Below, in pieces: positions 1 through 11,783 of a DNA stretch of 64,000 nucleotides (position 1 is the first letter of the stretch; each line of letters begins with the position of its first letter). The stretch is from Naegleria gruberi (lineage: Eukaryota). The translations under genes and the position numbers were made by a program. The notes under the pieces were generated by a model, which saw only the letters and a list, made by a program, of their open reading frames with translations, was not told the origin of the DNA and did not search any database. The DNA is taken from the NCBI GenBank assembly GCA_000004985.1, contig GG738920.1, one strand, 5' to 3'.

Positions 1-3000
1 TACTGAAGCATTGAAATAGGATCTGTATGCATGTATACTTTCCAGTGAAACAAAACCATACCAGAATACACAGTATCCCCAAGCAATAATAAATAACAAG
101 ATATTGATCCAATAGAATATTCCTGACTCTGCTATCAATACAAAAGACAATAACCAAAACACCCAACCTAACACAAAATCTTGAATGTAGAAGGTATAAA
201 CATGTAAAATAAATACATAGTAAAGAATTGGAGAGATGTTGTAAAGGTTACTAACAAGTGATGAAGACCACCCACCAATACTACCAATGCTCATTACAGT
301 TTTACAAACAAGTACTCTTATATCAAAATAGAAAGGACTGAATGCAACTGAAAATCCATAGAGAATTATTCCCACAGAGCTAAGAACAGAAGCAATACCA
401 AGGAATACACTTGTTGCGTACTTCTTTCCATAAAAACTTCTATAGTTCCACAGTTGGAAGTCCCTATCACCCCACCATCTATACCCTAAGAATGGGAAAA
501 CATCCATTAGGTTGAAGAGTTTTTCAGTTAGGGAAACCAACAACATGAATAGGTTGATTGGAATTAACAGTACCAAGAACTCAATTCTATCCCATGTCAT
601 ATCACTTTCTATTCCTTCAACGTGTGAGAAGAGGCTAATGAGATAATAGAACGGATAAAGAACCAATCCCAAGAGCTTGTATCTAATGAAGAAAAGCTTG
701 TAGATGTGTTCTATGACATGTTGTGTTTCAGCCTTGACAATATGATGGAAACCAGCTTTGTAGTCATCATTGACAGCATCCTCAAAAGTGTACTGCTTGT
801 ATGAGTAACGACTCTTTTTTTCTAGATATCTCTTGATATACTCATTTCTATTCTCAGAATCTGAAGCAGAGAAGGCCTTCTTGAAAACAGATGTGAAATC
901 TTCATTCTTATATGATCCAATAGCACTGTAGTAAGCTTCATTCAAGTTGATATTATTGTAATAGTGGTAAGAGTTATAATTATTGGTATTGTTATACTTG
1001 GCTTGGAACTTTTTGTCAATCAAATTTGCCTTCTTATCAATATCGAGATACAATTGCCAAAGGAAGGAATCCTGTCTTGACAATTCGTGCCAATGTTTAC
1101 AGACACGATCAAAGCTTGCTGCATTTTCTTCAGGGGTGAGGTAAGTCAAAATTTCAAAGAACATATCACTTGGTAATATCTCACCATTATCCTCACTTGT
1201 GTTTTTGGTTTTTGATTTGGTGGTTGAGAATGGTTTTGTTTTCATGAACGCCATTAAATGCTTAATACATGCAACTGTGAAGAAATACAATCTCTTGACA
1301 GTGTAAGGGAATTGATAAACAAATGTAAGATTAATAAATAAAGCTGCAAGGCAAATGATATCCAAAATAGCACTCTTGAATTCAATCCACAATGTTCTTC
1401 TAACACCTTCCTTTAGCATCAAGTATCTGTACACAACGAATGGTATTCTCCAGAACATTACCAATAGAGCAATACCAAATACAAGAGTCAGCAAATCAAC
1501 AAGTGTCTTGGCAATTAAAACTCTAAGTTCTCTTCTTCTTTCTTCATCTCTGTTCTTCCACTGTTCATAGAGGAAAAGATATTTGAACATAAAGTAAACT
1601 CTATATGGAATAACAATACAAGTACATAGAGAAATTATAACAAGTGGAATATCAATGATTAATTGCAATGCCTGATCTCTAATAAATTCTCTATATCCTC
1701 TCTTAGATTTCTTCTTTGAAAGGAAGTGATAAAGCTCAACATTTCTGTAAACAGACAACACAACTACCAATGTGAGTAGCATGTATGGTACATCAAGTAT
1801 AATTTGACTAAGATGGTATCTAATAATTCCTCTTCTTCCCTTAGCTGTTTCTTCGATCCATGCTGATTTCAGTGCATTTGGAATTCTCCATAAAAGAAGT
1901 GGAATAAGAGCTATGTGAATTATGTCGAGAATGAGTTCGTAAAATTCCAAAAGAATGGAATAGTGAGCTTCTGATAGCTTTCCTGAAACATAAGCAGCAG
2001 TAATGATATTTACAACTCGCTTCGATCTCCAGGATACCAATAGCAAGGCTGAACATAAAATGCAAGGAATATCTAGGACCGTTAGGAAAGCGTTAGTTCC
2101 CAATAGGATTAATCGTTTCTTATAGTCTGTTTCGTTTGCTAAGGCTCTTAATATATGTTTGATTCTCCAAACAGTGAGGGATGAAAGAAGGAATAAAATA
2201 ATTATAGGAATGTCTTTAACTAGATTCCAAAAAACGAGAGCTATTTGTTTGTGGACTTCCAATGCTTCTCTGATAGCAAATGTAGATTTGAAAACAGGAT
2301 GTGTCTTGAGAACAGCAACTAAATCCTTGATTCTATAAACTGTGAGAACAATAATTGCAGAAAATACAGTACAAATCAAATCCAAAGGAATTGATAAAGC
2401 TTGAGAAACAATTACCTTGGCGGCCAATTTCTTTGGTTCCTTCTGCCCAACAAGAGACTTCATAGTTGTGACAGTAATTGGAATACGGTAGACTGTGAAT
2501 GTTACCAAATAAGTGCAGATAATTAATGGGATTTGGAGAGGAAGCAAATAAAGTTGCTTTAACACCTTTCCTCTAAAGAAGGTGAATAATTCTCTCTGCT
2601 TACCCAACTCTTTTTCTTCCTTCTTTGCCTTTTTGTATTTTCTAAATAAGAGGAAGATAGTAAAGATGTGCATGATGGAGAGTATCATTAAAACTAGAGA
2701 AATAGTAAATGGGATATCTATCATGGCATCCAAAAATTGTTGAAGAGCTAATTTTCTTCTCTTTTCTGCAGTTTCATATTCTTCTTTATGGAATACCCAA
2801 ATCTTGAGAATAATTACTGGTAAACGCCACATTGACAGCAAACCCAACAAAATAAAAGGTAAATCTTTCAAGACTGCAAAAGCTTCAGAAATAATAATAA
2901 ATTGATAGAGAGTGTCTTCTGTTCTTATTCTCTTAATAGTTGTACCTACTCTGTAAAGAGTTGGAACGACAAGGACTACCATTGCAGTTATTGCTACCAC

Positions 3001-4700
3001 ATCAAGAATACTTTGTACAAATTCTTCCATGGCCTTGTTTCTCATACTTCCCGCCTTTTCTTCATTGGTAATGATGGTAAGATAGTGTAGAATAATTCTT
3101 GGAATTCTCCACAATGACATAATTCCTAAACAAATAAAAGCAATATCAATAATCCAATTTTTGAAAATATCCCTAATAAGTTCTCTTCTCTGAATAAAAA
3201 TTTCATTTCCAACAACCTCTACCTTATCAAGTTCATCGCTATCACTATTTGAAAAGAATTTCTCATCATAAAAGACATCAATAAATATGGAAGAGTAAAG
3301 ATGGGAAGCTCTCCAAAAGGTAACAAATATTGGAACACATAAAACTATATGCATAAAATCCAATACCATTTGAGAGAACATGTACAAGCTAGTTGAATGG
3401 AAGTATAAGAAATTACCCTTCTCAAAGAGCTTCTTTTGTTCGGATCTAGTAATTTCCCATCTGTATCTGGTTACAAATAATGTAATGAATGCCAATAATG
3501 AAGGCAAATCAAGGACCAGACAAATAAATTGTTCGAATGTGATTACTCTCATAGATTTAGTTCTCTTTTCATCTCTATATTGTTGAATTATTGGAATAAA
3601 TCTATAAATGGTGATTGAAAGACAAAGACCTAGAGCAATAAATGGCATGTCAATAAGTACTTCTACACAATGTGAGAAACAGTAAATAGCTCTGTCAAAC
3701 CCTTCAGCTGGTTGTTCTTTGAATCCTTTGATAAATCCCTTAATTCTATAAAATCCAATAATATTAAATAGAATACTCAAAGCATATGCTGGTATTTCCA
3801 TAAGAATATAGCATCCATTTCTGAAAAATAGTTCGTGTGTCCATTTTTGGCTCCAAACATGAGGAATTCTCCACATGGTAACTGCAATCAATAACTGATA
3901 ATTCAAGTTAAAATATTTAAAAGTCAAACAATAATACATACACAAAATGGCAAGCATAAATAATCTAACACTGCTTTAACAGTATAATCAGCCATTAAAT
4001 CAGTAAATGCAGATAATGTTTGAGATTTGTATCCTTGTTTTAAAAAGTATATGAATCTGACAGGATTTACCAACATTACAATAGAAAATAAATGTTTAGG
4101 CAAACGTATTTGGAATTCACCCCAATCAGAGAAGATATCTACATTACTATTACGATAGCTTCTTCCAATCTTGTCATCCCACACAATGAAAGCTCTAATT
4201 GACATGGCCAACATGGACAAGAAGGTGACTGTCAATGAAATCATCATACTCCAAAAACCTGTAGAATTTTCCGAAATGTAAAGAGCATAAGTTTCATAGA
4301 ATGCAAATATTGGATACAAAACAATGGATGGTACTGCAAGTGTAACGATCGGATACATGACTGGAAACATTAAATAATAGATCAACAATACACCATTATT
4401 AAAGTCTGAGTATAAACGCTTTCTACTTCCATAATTATGTGAAATATCCAATGCCAATGTGAGTAATAATAATGCTGGTGAATAAAAGAGGCATGATACA
4501 AAATCAATTACTATTAACCCCAATTTGAGGGCTATTCTCAGTAGAGTTACCACTAACAACTCCATTCCGATATGATGATGATGATGTTGTAAACAGTAAT
4601 AAAAATAATCAGCTAATGATGGGTGCTGATTTAAAAGATACCAAGCATCTGTCTCTGATAATTTTTTTAAGTGGAAGAAAAGTTCATTCAGCTGTGGTAA
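1..4700 (-). CDS. Large multi-exon gene (partial, continues beyond window start) for a repetitive polytopic membrane protein; N-terminal region F-box-like
   Basis: Minus-strand translation is continuous across many ~50-nt GT..AG introns (for example the gtttgactttt...ttgattgcag intron just below 3924). ORF 3924..4565 is one long exon and the frame stays open upstream of its first Met (..SLADYFYYCLQHHHHHIGMELLVV). The protein shows recurring ~55-aa hydrophobic units with D-[IV]-P ... W-R-[IV]-P motifs (WRIPFVVYRYL, WRLPVIILKI, WRIPRIILHYL, WRIPNALKS). Exact exon boundaries and start not resolved. Confidence 0.45.
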
Positions 4701-4871
4701 CCTTTTGGGAACACCAAAAACTAAAACGAACAGAGAACTAACACGTAAAAGAAGAACATTTAAAAAATTAAAAGATACAATACTAAGCGAAACTGCATTG
4801 AAAACATTGATCTATTTTCTTTCCATACACATGACGTCAATTACAAAGGAGAAAAGGAAGATTAATTTACT

Positions 4872-5624
4872 TTACATGAAACTAGTTTCAGAATTATTCA
4901 TAGCTGCTGATTGTTGTCTTTGTGTTAAAATACGCTTAAATCCTTCTATCAAGTTTGGATGTTCACCTTTGAATATTATGTTAACATTATCTAGAGTTTG
5001 TTGGGCTGATTGTTGTTGATTGTTAAGCAGTTTGATTTGTTGTAAGAAATCAGCAAATTGTCTATTTGTCAAAACTTCTTTAGCTTGCTTAAAGAATTCC
5101 TTGCCTTCCAAAGCTTGAGCTTGTTGTGATTGAGTTTGTTGTTGCATTATTGATTGATTATTGATATTTGAAGAATTGAAACTTCTATTCTCTGACATCA
5201 TGCTGTTATTTGTTTGAGTTGGAGGAATGAATTGACTTGTGTTGTTTCCATTCGAAGAAGGATCTTCAAGTTCTTCCAAATTGATTGATTGAATAATTTG
5301 TTTCTTGAATGCTTTCAACTTTGAAAGTTCCCCGTTGAGGGCCTTTACTTGAGCTGACAGTCTATCTCTTTCACTTTGGAGATCTTGGTTCATTTCTTGT
5401 ATAGTTTTCATGGCAGTATTGAGACTTTGATATTCAAATTGTAATTTGCTGTGTTGTTGATTAATTTGATGAATTTCCTCTTGCTTTTTTTGTCCAATTT
5501 TTTTCAATCCTTCAATTTCATCCAACATTTGTAATTCCTTTGTTTTCCATGCTTTGTTTAAAATAGCAATGCCCAATTCAAATTGTTCTTCGGCATTGTT
5601 TGTATTAAGACTACTAGTGTTCAT
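4872..5624 (-). CDS. Q/N-rich coiled-coil protein (250 aa), function unknown
   Basis: Intact ORF; heptad-like charged/Leu pattern (LQSERDRLSAQVKALNGELSKLKAFKK); low-complexity Q/N tracts. Confidence 0.5.
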   Translation of the reverse strand: MNTSSLNTNNAEEQFELGIAILNKAWKTKELQMLDEIEGLKKIGQKKQEEIHQINQQHSKLQFEYQSLNTAMKTIQEMNQDLQSERDRLSAQVKALNGELSKLKAFKKQIIQSINLEELEDPSSNGNNTSQFIPPTQTNNSMMSENRSFNSSNINNQSIMQQQTQSQQAQALEGKEFFKQAKEVLTNRQFADFLQQIKLLNNQQQSAQQTLDNVNIIFKGEHPNLIEGFKRILTQRQQSAAMNNSETSFM

Positions 5625-6074
5625 AATAAATATAAATTAATTTAATAATAATGGTGATGAGATTATTTCTAACGGGATGTTCTCTTTTAGGGAGGCAAAC
5701 AAAAACTGTTTGGAGGTTTCTTAGGTTTTTTTTAAGTGTGTTTAACAGCTTTGATGTACGTCTATTTTGGCGCCAATTTTGAATGCTAAGATTTTTAAAT
5801 GAACGTTAGAGCTCTTGCTCAATACTTACACTTCCTTTACAAATACAACAATATTGTATGCACCTTAATAATATATTTATTGAATAATCATTCCTTTGAT
5901 GAATTTAAACAATTTTAATTCATCCATAGATTTTAAGCAAATTTTGTCTTGTAGTTTTCCGACTTCAACTAACCGTTACAAACCAACATTTTTAAAATTA
6001 ATTAAAAAATTTACAGCACCAACATTCACTTCATCTTCAGCACAGCCAAAAGCTAGGCAATAACAAGATTATTA

Positions 6075-8081
6075 TTGGAAGTTTATAAAAACATTTCCGA
6101 GTCAATCTTCAAGTGGACAATGCCTCTCCACTATCCTCCCATTCGATTAGGACAACAGCCATCCAATCATCATGGCTCATCATCAGGAGGTTTATATCAT
6201 CATCAAGGTAGTTCTACTTCGTTATTGTCGAGAGAGGACTCATCAATTGATATTTGCATAACAGGAGAGAAGAGCCATTTTGTCAGACAACATAGTGGAA
6301 GGAGCAACAGTCAGACACCAAGGTTAGCCAATCATAATATTCGGAATATTGCTTCACCAATTCCTCATCCAATCAATGCTTCCTCTTTTAATACATCGAC
6401 GACAACAACAAATCAACATCATCAGACGGTGATGAATAATAGTGCTAGTATTAATACCAATGGTAACAATATTCCTCTAACTCTTGATTCTAATTTATCG
6501 AGCATATTGAAGGAACACTTGGACGAATCACTTATTAATTTCCTTCAACAAAATCCTCAGCTAATTGACTCGAGTGCAATTAGTTTACTAAATCTTGTAA
6601 ATAAGCATGCTTCTTCTAATAATCAACAAGTTGTACAACCTCAAACAACTCTACCCGAACATACATCAAACTCCCAACATCAAGGTATTCCCAACTTGAC
6701 TGTAAATAATAGTAGTATGAATAATGAGGCAGTTTCATCCTCTGAACCAAAGATTACAATCATTAGAGAATACAAACAACACATGAAACCTACCACTAAA
6801 ACGAAAAAGAAACCAAAATATGTCCCACCCACCATGGATAAAGCTGTAAGGAAAAAAGAGGACAGATTATGTGCTCTTGTCGTTCCCAATAAGCAAAGTG
6901 TAGAGTTTCCAGATGAATTTGAATTCAATGAAAAACACAAATCATTTATTTACAATCCAGAACCTACAAAGACTTCGTTTTTGGAAAGATTAAGCTTTTT
7001 GGATAGTAAGAAATCAAGGGATAGGAGTTTGAATTATTCAATATCCAATCAAAAGGAAGGAAATCCAATAGAGCTATTTTCAAATAATGACATTAGCTAT
7101 TACAACAAGTCTGATTTTTTGTTAGCTTCTGAAAAATTTGTAAAAACGGAAAAGGAACGAAATAATGGAACAATTCCTCAATGGAACAAAATTACTGATA
7201 ATATTCCAATGGGTTTTATTGACGATCTCAATGCAGATTATATCATTCAACCTGTTGATAGATCAAACTCAGTGATACCAGAAGAAGTGGAAGAAGCACC
7301 AGCAGAACGTGAAACCTTCTTCATTACAGGACTGGACGAAACAAATAACACTAACAACTCGATACTTTCCAAAACTCAAAAATCTAACACTCAAAAATCA
7401 GAAATGCCAGAACTACCCTCTCGAATCAGTACCCCTAACTATGTGTTATTCTCTAGAGATGGCACTAATCTTTCCCAAATGTCACAACACTCACAAAGAA
7501 GTGTTTCTCCTAATGTATCTGTAAACCTCTCACGACCTCACTCAACCCTAAGCTACCATTCAGTTCCCTCTAACAATTACCTTTCCAATCACTCGCTAAT
7601 TTACCAAGAAAATGCACCACCAAGACCAAACACTTCCATGAATGTGGATAGAACAGCAGTACTCTCTGCTAAAAAGAAGTGGAATGTCTTTCCTCCTCGT
7701 CAGAAAATCATTGTGAATAATCCTAACAAACCAATCAATAGTTTTGTTGCTGAGCAATCGATGAACTTGTATCACTCCTCGAGCAGTAGAATGGATTTTT
7801 CAAGAAGTGCCACACCTTTATCCACATTAAGAGCTAAAAGCTCAATGTCCTCTCGATCTGGATACTCTATAAATACAAGTCAATCCCATGATAGCTCAGA
7901 ACAGGAAGAAATTGTAATTCGACTTCCTGACCAATGTCTAATCTCTGCCACAAGCAAACCAATCATTTCCAAGCCAACCCCAATCAAACAACACTCAATT
8001 TTCAACAAGAGTCAAGATAGAACTTGCAATTCCATCAATAACAGAGATCTCCTCAATATTTCACCCATAAACAACCAATAG
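6075..8081 (+). CDS. S/T/N-rich low-complexity protein (668 aa), function unknown
   Basis: Long intact ORF with compositional bias typical of disordered regulatory proteins; no catalytic motifs recognised. Confidence 0.45.
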   Translation: MEVYKNISESIFKWTMPLHYPPIRLGQQPSNHHGSSSGGLYHHQGSSTSLLSREDSSIDICITGEKSHFVRQHSGRSNSQTPRLANHNIRNIASPIPHPINASSFNTSTTTTNQHHQTVMNNSASINTNGNNIPLTLDSNLSSILKEHLDESLINFLQQNPQLIDSSAISLLNLVNKHASSNNQQVVQPQTTLPEHTSNSQHQGIPNLTVNNSSMNNEAVSSSEPKITIIREYKQHMKPTTKTKKKPKYVPPTMDKAVRKKEDRLCALVVPNKQSVEFPDEFEFNEKHKSFIYNPEPTKTSFLERLSFLDSKKSRDRSLNYSISNQKEGNPIELFSNNDISYYNKSDFLLASEKFVKTEKERNNGTIPQWNKITDNIPMGFIDDLNADYIIQPVDRSNSVIPEEVEEAPAERETFFITGLDETNNTNNSILSKTQKSNTQKSEMPELPSRISTPNYVLFSRDGTNLSQMSQHSQRSVSPNVSVNLSRPHSTLSYHSVPSNNYLSNHSLIYQENAPPRPNTSMNVDRTAVLSAKKKWNVFPPRQKIIVNNPNKPINSFVAEQSMNLYHSSSSRMDFSRSATPLSTLRAKSSMSSRSGYSINTSQSHDSSEQEEIVIRLPDQCLISATSKPIISKPTPIKQHSIFNKSQDRTCNSINNRDLLNISPINNQ

Positions 8082-8233
8082 TTTAATAACCACACAATAT
8101 AATCTTATCTTATTCCATATAATCTTTGAACAATTATCAAATTTCATAGAGTTTTCGTACCGAACGAACAAAAAACAATTTCTCCTCAGGTACATGATGA
8201 TTCATCTTCGGACCAAAAAGCAAATCATAAAAA

Positions 8234-9538
8234 ATGGCACAACAAGCAGCGACAGTGAATCATCTTGGATCGGATGTGTCTTCATCAGCACTGACCAATA
8301 TAACAATGATCATGAATAATAGTACTACTGCCAACAATCAGAGTGGTATTGCTTCGGTCGTTGAATTTTTATTCTATACACTTTATGATTATTGTTTTAA
8401 TTCAATTTTTGGAATTATATTTAATATTGTCTTGATACTTTTGATCCAAACAAAAACTAGTGGATACCTTACTGTTGAAAATCATTTACTTTACCGATTG
8501 AGAATGATTTTACCGGAGATGGGACAACAAACATCAAAGGTTATTAAAATTTCGACCATGAACGAAGCTGTTATTAAGACTTTGTACTTTTATAACGATC
8601 TAGATTATTTATTCTTTACATTTATGATTATGATTTTCTCATTGAAGAATGTTTACAATTATTTAGTTGTGATTATATTTTTAATTTTACTTTTTAGAAT
8701 TTATACAAACATGTATCAGAAGAGGAGAAATATTCTGTATTATTTAACATTTGTAGTTTCATTCCTTTTATCCTTTATTTGTATGGATTACTTTAATGCA
8801 TCTTGTGGAAATGAAATTGAACATCGTGCTATTTATTATATTAAGAATCATATCAAACATTACTTTTTTGTTTATGATGATCATTCTACGAGAGGAATGG
8901 CTAATGGTTGGTTATTGAATGTGTGGAACTTTTTATTTGAAAATTCCACCAACTTTAGTTTATTTTTATTCCTCTTTATTAATTTAATTGTTTCATATTT
9001 CCTGAATCTTGTAGTTGAATTTGATTATATAAGCAAGTGCCATATTTACTTTACCTCTTTCAAAGAGTATCATCATTTTGTAATTGGAGGAAAGTCATTC
9101 AAGGACAAGAAGATTTTCAATCTCTATTCTTTGGCCTCTAGATATCTCAGTCATTTCCAATTACTAGTTTTACCATTATTGGTCTTCTTCTTGGATCATA
9201 CGGAACACATTAAGGTTTCATTATTTTGTGCTCTCAATATTTTGATGCATTTCATTTACTTTAGGATTTACCTCAAGTCATACTTTATTTACAGAGCACT
9301 TCATTATAACAAGTACAAGCAACCTCAAAAGATGATTAATTTGGTCAAGTTTACAATTCTTTACTCATTGAAGAATTTGATTGTTCCATTTATCTCAACT
9401 GTGTTACTGGCTCTCTATGTCATTACTGACTATAGTTGTGTTGTCTTTTACACCATTTACATCTATTATGCAACAAGTGGTACTATTGGATTGCTGACCT
9501 ACTTCTTTGTCAAAGCCTTCTCTCATAATTTGTTATAA
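8234..9538 (+). CDS. Multi-pass integral membrane protein (434 aa), family unknown
   Basis: Intact ORF with hydrophilic N-terminus followed by at least 7 hydrophobic helices; no signature motif recognised. Confidence 0.45.
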   Translation: MAQQAATVNHLGSDVSSSALTNITMIMNNSTTANNQSGIASVVEFLFYTLYDYCFNSIFGIIFNIVLILLIQTKTSGYLTVENHLLYRLRMILPEMGQQTSKVIKISTMNEAVIKTLYFYNDLDYLFFTFMIMIFSLKNVYNYLVVIIFLILLFRIYTNMYQKRRNILYYLTFVVSFLLSFICMDYFNASCGNEIEHRAIYYIKNHIKHYFFVYDDHSTRGMANGWLLNVWNFLFENSTNFSLFLFLFINLIVSYFLNLVVEFDYISKCHIYFTSFKEYHHFVIGGKSFKDKKIFNLYSLASRYLSHFQLLVLPLLVFFLDHTEHIKVSLFCALNILMHFIYFRIYLKSYFIYRALHYNKYKQPQKMINLVKFTILYSLKNLIVPFISTVLLALYVITDYSCVVFYTIYIYYATSGTIGLLTYFFVKAFSHNLL

Positions 9539-10390
9539 ATCTGTTGAATCCTTAGAAGAATCTTTCTTTTTTTCATCCTTTTCCTTCATTAATGTTTGAA
9601 TTTGTTTCCACTCATTTTGTTCCTTATGTCTCTTGGCTACCTTGTTTGGTTTTTCAGATTTCTTGACCTTTGTAGAGCTGATAAAGTTGTGAGTCTCTGC
9701 AGCCTTATTCTTGAGTAAATCTTCATCCTCATCACTTTCCTCATCCTCATCATTCAATGCAATGGATTTATCATGTTCCTCATCCTCATCATCAGAATCT
9801 TCCAAGAAGGAAAATTTCTTTTCCTTTCTCTTTCTCTTGTGTCCTGACTTTTCCTTTTGCACTTGTCTCTCCTTTAATTGATCCTTGAATGGAACATCAT
9901 CGTCGTCATCAATATCATCAAATAATTTAATTTTCACTTCCTTTTGATTTTCATCATAAATTGCAGGTTTATCAACTAGTTCCTCATCATCCTCATCATC
10001 GAAAAGCTTTACTTCCACATCAACTTGTTTCTTTTCTCCCAACGAATGTTTCTCCTCCTGGGCAACATATTCTGTTATATTGTTATTGTATTTTCCTTGA
10101 AGTTTTACATTGAAAATATCATCGAGAATGTTCATCACTTCCGGCTTGGCAAAAACTTCTTCCTTTTCAATTTGTAATTTGCTCATTCCATTCATCTGTT
10201 GTTGATTGTCATACTTTTTGTTTATAATTACGTTCGGAACCATTGATTTAATCTTATCCAATCCATATACATAATTAACTTGATGAGTTTGAAAGGAATA
10301 GGAAGATGAATTTGTAGTTTTTCCTTCCAAGAGTTGCATAATCTGTGATCCGAGCGTTTTATGTAAAGATGCTTCCTGTAATCGAGACAT
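9533..10390 (-). CDS. Acidic/lysine-rich (D/E/K tracts) protein, probably nuclear or nucleolar (285 aa)
   Basis: Intact ORF; poly-D/E stretches (DDEDDEE, EDEESDEDED) and KRKRKEKK basic patch resembling a nuclear localisation signal. Confidence 0.4.
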   Translation of the reverse strand: MSRLQEASLHKTLGSQIMQLLEGKTTNSSSYSFQTHQVNYVYGLDKIKSMVPNVIINKKYDNQQQMNGMSKLQIEKEEVFAKPEVMNILDDIFNVKLQGKYNNNITEYVAQEEKHSLGEKKQVDVEVKLFDDEDDEELVDKPAIYDENQKEVKIKLFDDIDDDDDVPFKDQLKERQVQKEKSGHKRKRKEKKFSFLEDSDDEDEEHDKSIALNDEDEESDEDEDLLKNKAAETHNFISSTKVKKSEKPNKVAKRHKEQNEWKQIQTLMKEKDEKKKDSSKDSTDL

Positions 10391-10410
10391 TTTTTAATAT
10401 TTAATAAATC

Positions 10411-11265
10411 ATGGCTATATTAACAGCAATCAAAATGCTGCCAAATCATTCCAATGCTAATGTACATACTGATAGTCAAGTTGCTATTGAAGTTTTAAAA
10501 AAGAGTTACAGAGGAGACTTTCAAGGATTTCAAGAAGAATTCTTTGGTACCATTAAGGATAAACATTTAAATATCCATCTAGTTAAAGTGAAAGGGCATG
10601 AAGATCCAGAGAATATTATAGTTGATAAATTAGCAAAAGAAGGTGCACAAGGACAAAATATGATTGATATTACCAAACTATTATCCCAAAACCAAAAGAT
10701 TTTAATTAATACTAATAAGAAAACAATCATCTTTGACTATAGAAAATACATCAAAGATATCCAGAGAAAAGAATATTTAGATATTGTTGAGGATAAATCT
10801 GACTTACCTTTTAACCAAAGTCAGTCCCTCACTAATATCAATTTGAAATATATGGATCAAAGATTTGACACTGAAACCAAATTGTCAATTTGGAGAAACA
10901 TGACCGACTCACATATTAGACAATTCCGTCAAGTTTATTGTGATAACTGTGAATGTGAAGTGGATTTGGAACATTTCATATACTACTGTGAAGAAACCGA
11001 ATGTTTTAGAAGATATTTCTTAACTAAATTCACGAATCTTACAGGAGCATCCTGTAAGCTTCGTCCCCATGACACTTTTTGGGATAGACACAATTCAATT
11101 CTCAATTTAAATCATAGAGGCTTTATTAAGGCTTTAAATATTATTTTAGTTAAATCCTATAATCCTAAAATCATTGATAATTGGCATGAAATTCAAAGTC
11201 TATTATCACTACTTGTTGGTAAAGCACACAGAAAATATTACTCATGTTCTCTTAATTCAAGATAA
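10411..11265 (+). mobile_element. Retroelement-derived relic: C-terminal half of an RNase H domain followed by a zf-RVT-like Cys/His cluster; no reverse transcriptase present
   Basis: Motifs HTDSQ and VKVKGHEDPENIIVDKLAKEG match the RNase H 'I-TDS' and 'KGH...N..AD.LA' blocks. CDNCECEVDLEHFIYYCEETECF is a Cys-rich zinc-knuckle like the zf-RVT domain of non-LTR elements. The N-terminal catalytic D/E half of RNase H is absent because the ORF abuts the start of the neighbouring minus-strand gene. Confidence 0.5.
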
Positions 11266-11783
11266 TACCTCATGATCCTATTGGGATCAGCTACACTGAA
11301 ATAAAATTTTTTAATATTTAATAATTTTATTTATTAATTTACAATATTAATAATTTAATTTCTTAATAATATAATAAATTAGCTTCATGTTCAACATTGA
11401 TCAAAATTCTCCAAATATTTAATATTTTCATTTTACAAACCTTATCATCATGCTGTTTGAAGGTTAATTTACAAAGGATGCACAAATTATTCGAAATCCA
11501 AAAATAATCTTCAACATTGAAAGTTTGTGCTTGTTGGAATTTCGTATTTGAAATTATCATCCAACATTTTCTTGAATTCAAACATCGTCGAGTGGTTTCC
11601 ATTAAAATTGAAAGATCACTCTTCGAGCGCTTGGTTGAAGTCAACCAAAATTATTCCTCACGAAAGTTTACAAAATCTAAGGAAGCACAAAGTAATCTGT
11701 CCGCCTTCATCATGAGTATGAAATCCAATCTACTCTTTAAATAGTGAGAGTAGAGGTCAATATGAGTTTCCAACAAAAATAAA

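Noticed and set aside
6680-6940. Antisense or shadow ORFs inside well-supported genes, for example 6680..6940, 15895..16176, 20288..20638, 21580..22320, 22010..22207, 32833..33144, 54013..54258, 57706..58287, 59306..59726
   Set aside because: Each lies opposite a longer ORF with clear homology or consistent codon bias. Compositionally biased sequence routinely yields such open frames.
11363-11744. Small ORFs (62-93 aa) in the AT-rich intergenic region between the RNase H relic and the aldo-keto reductase
   Set aside because: No motifs, overlapping each other on both strands; most likely promoter or UTR sequence.
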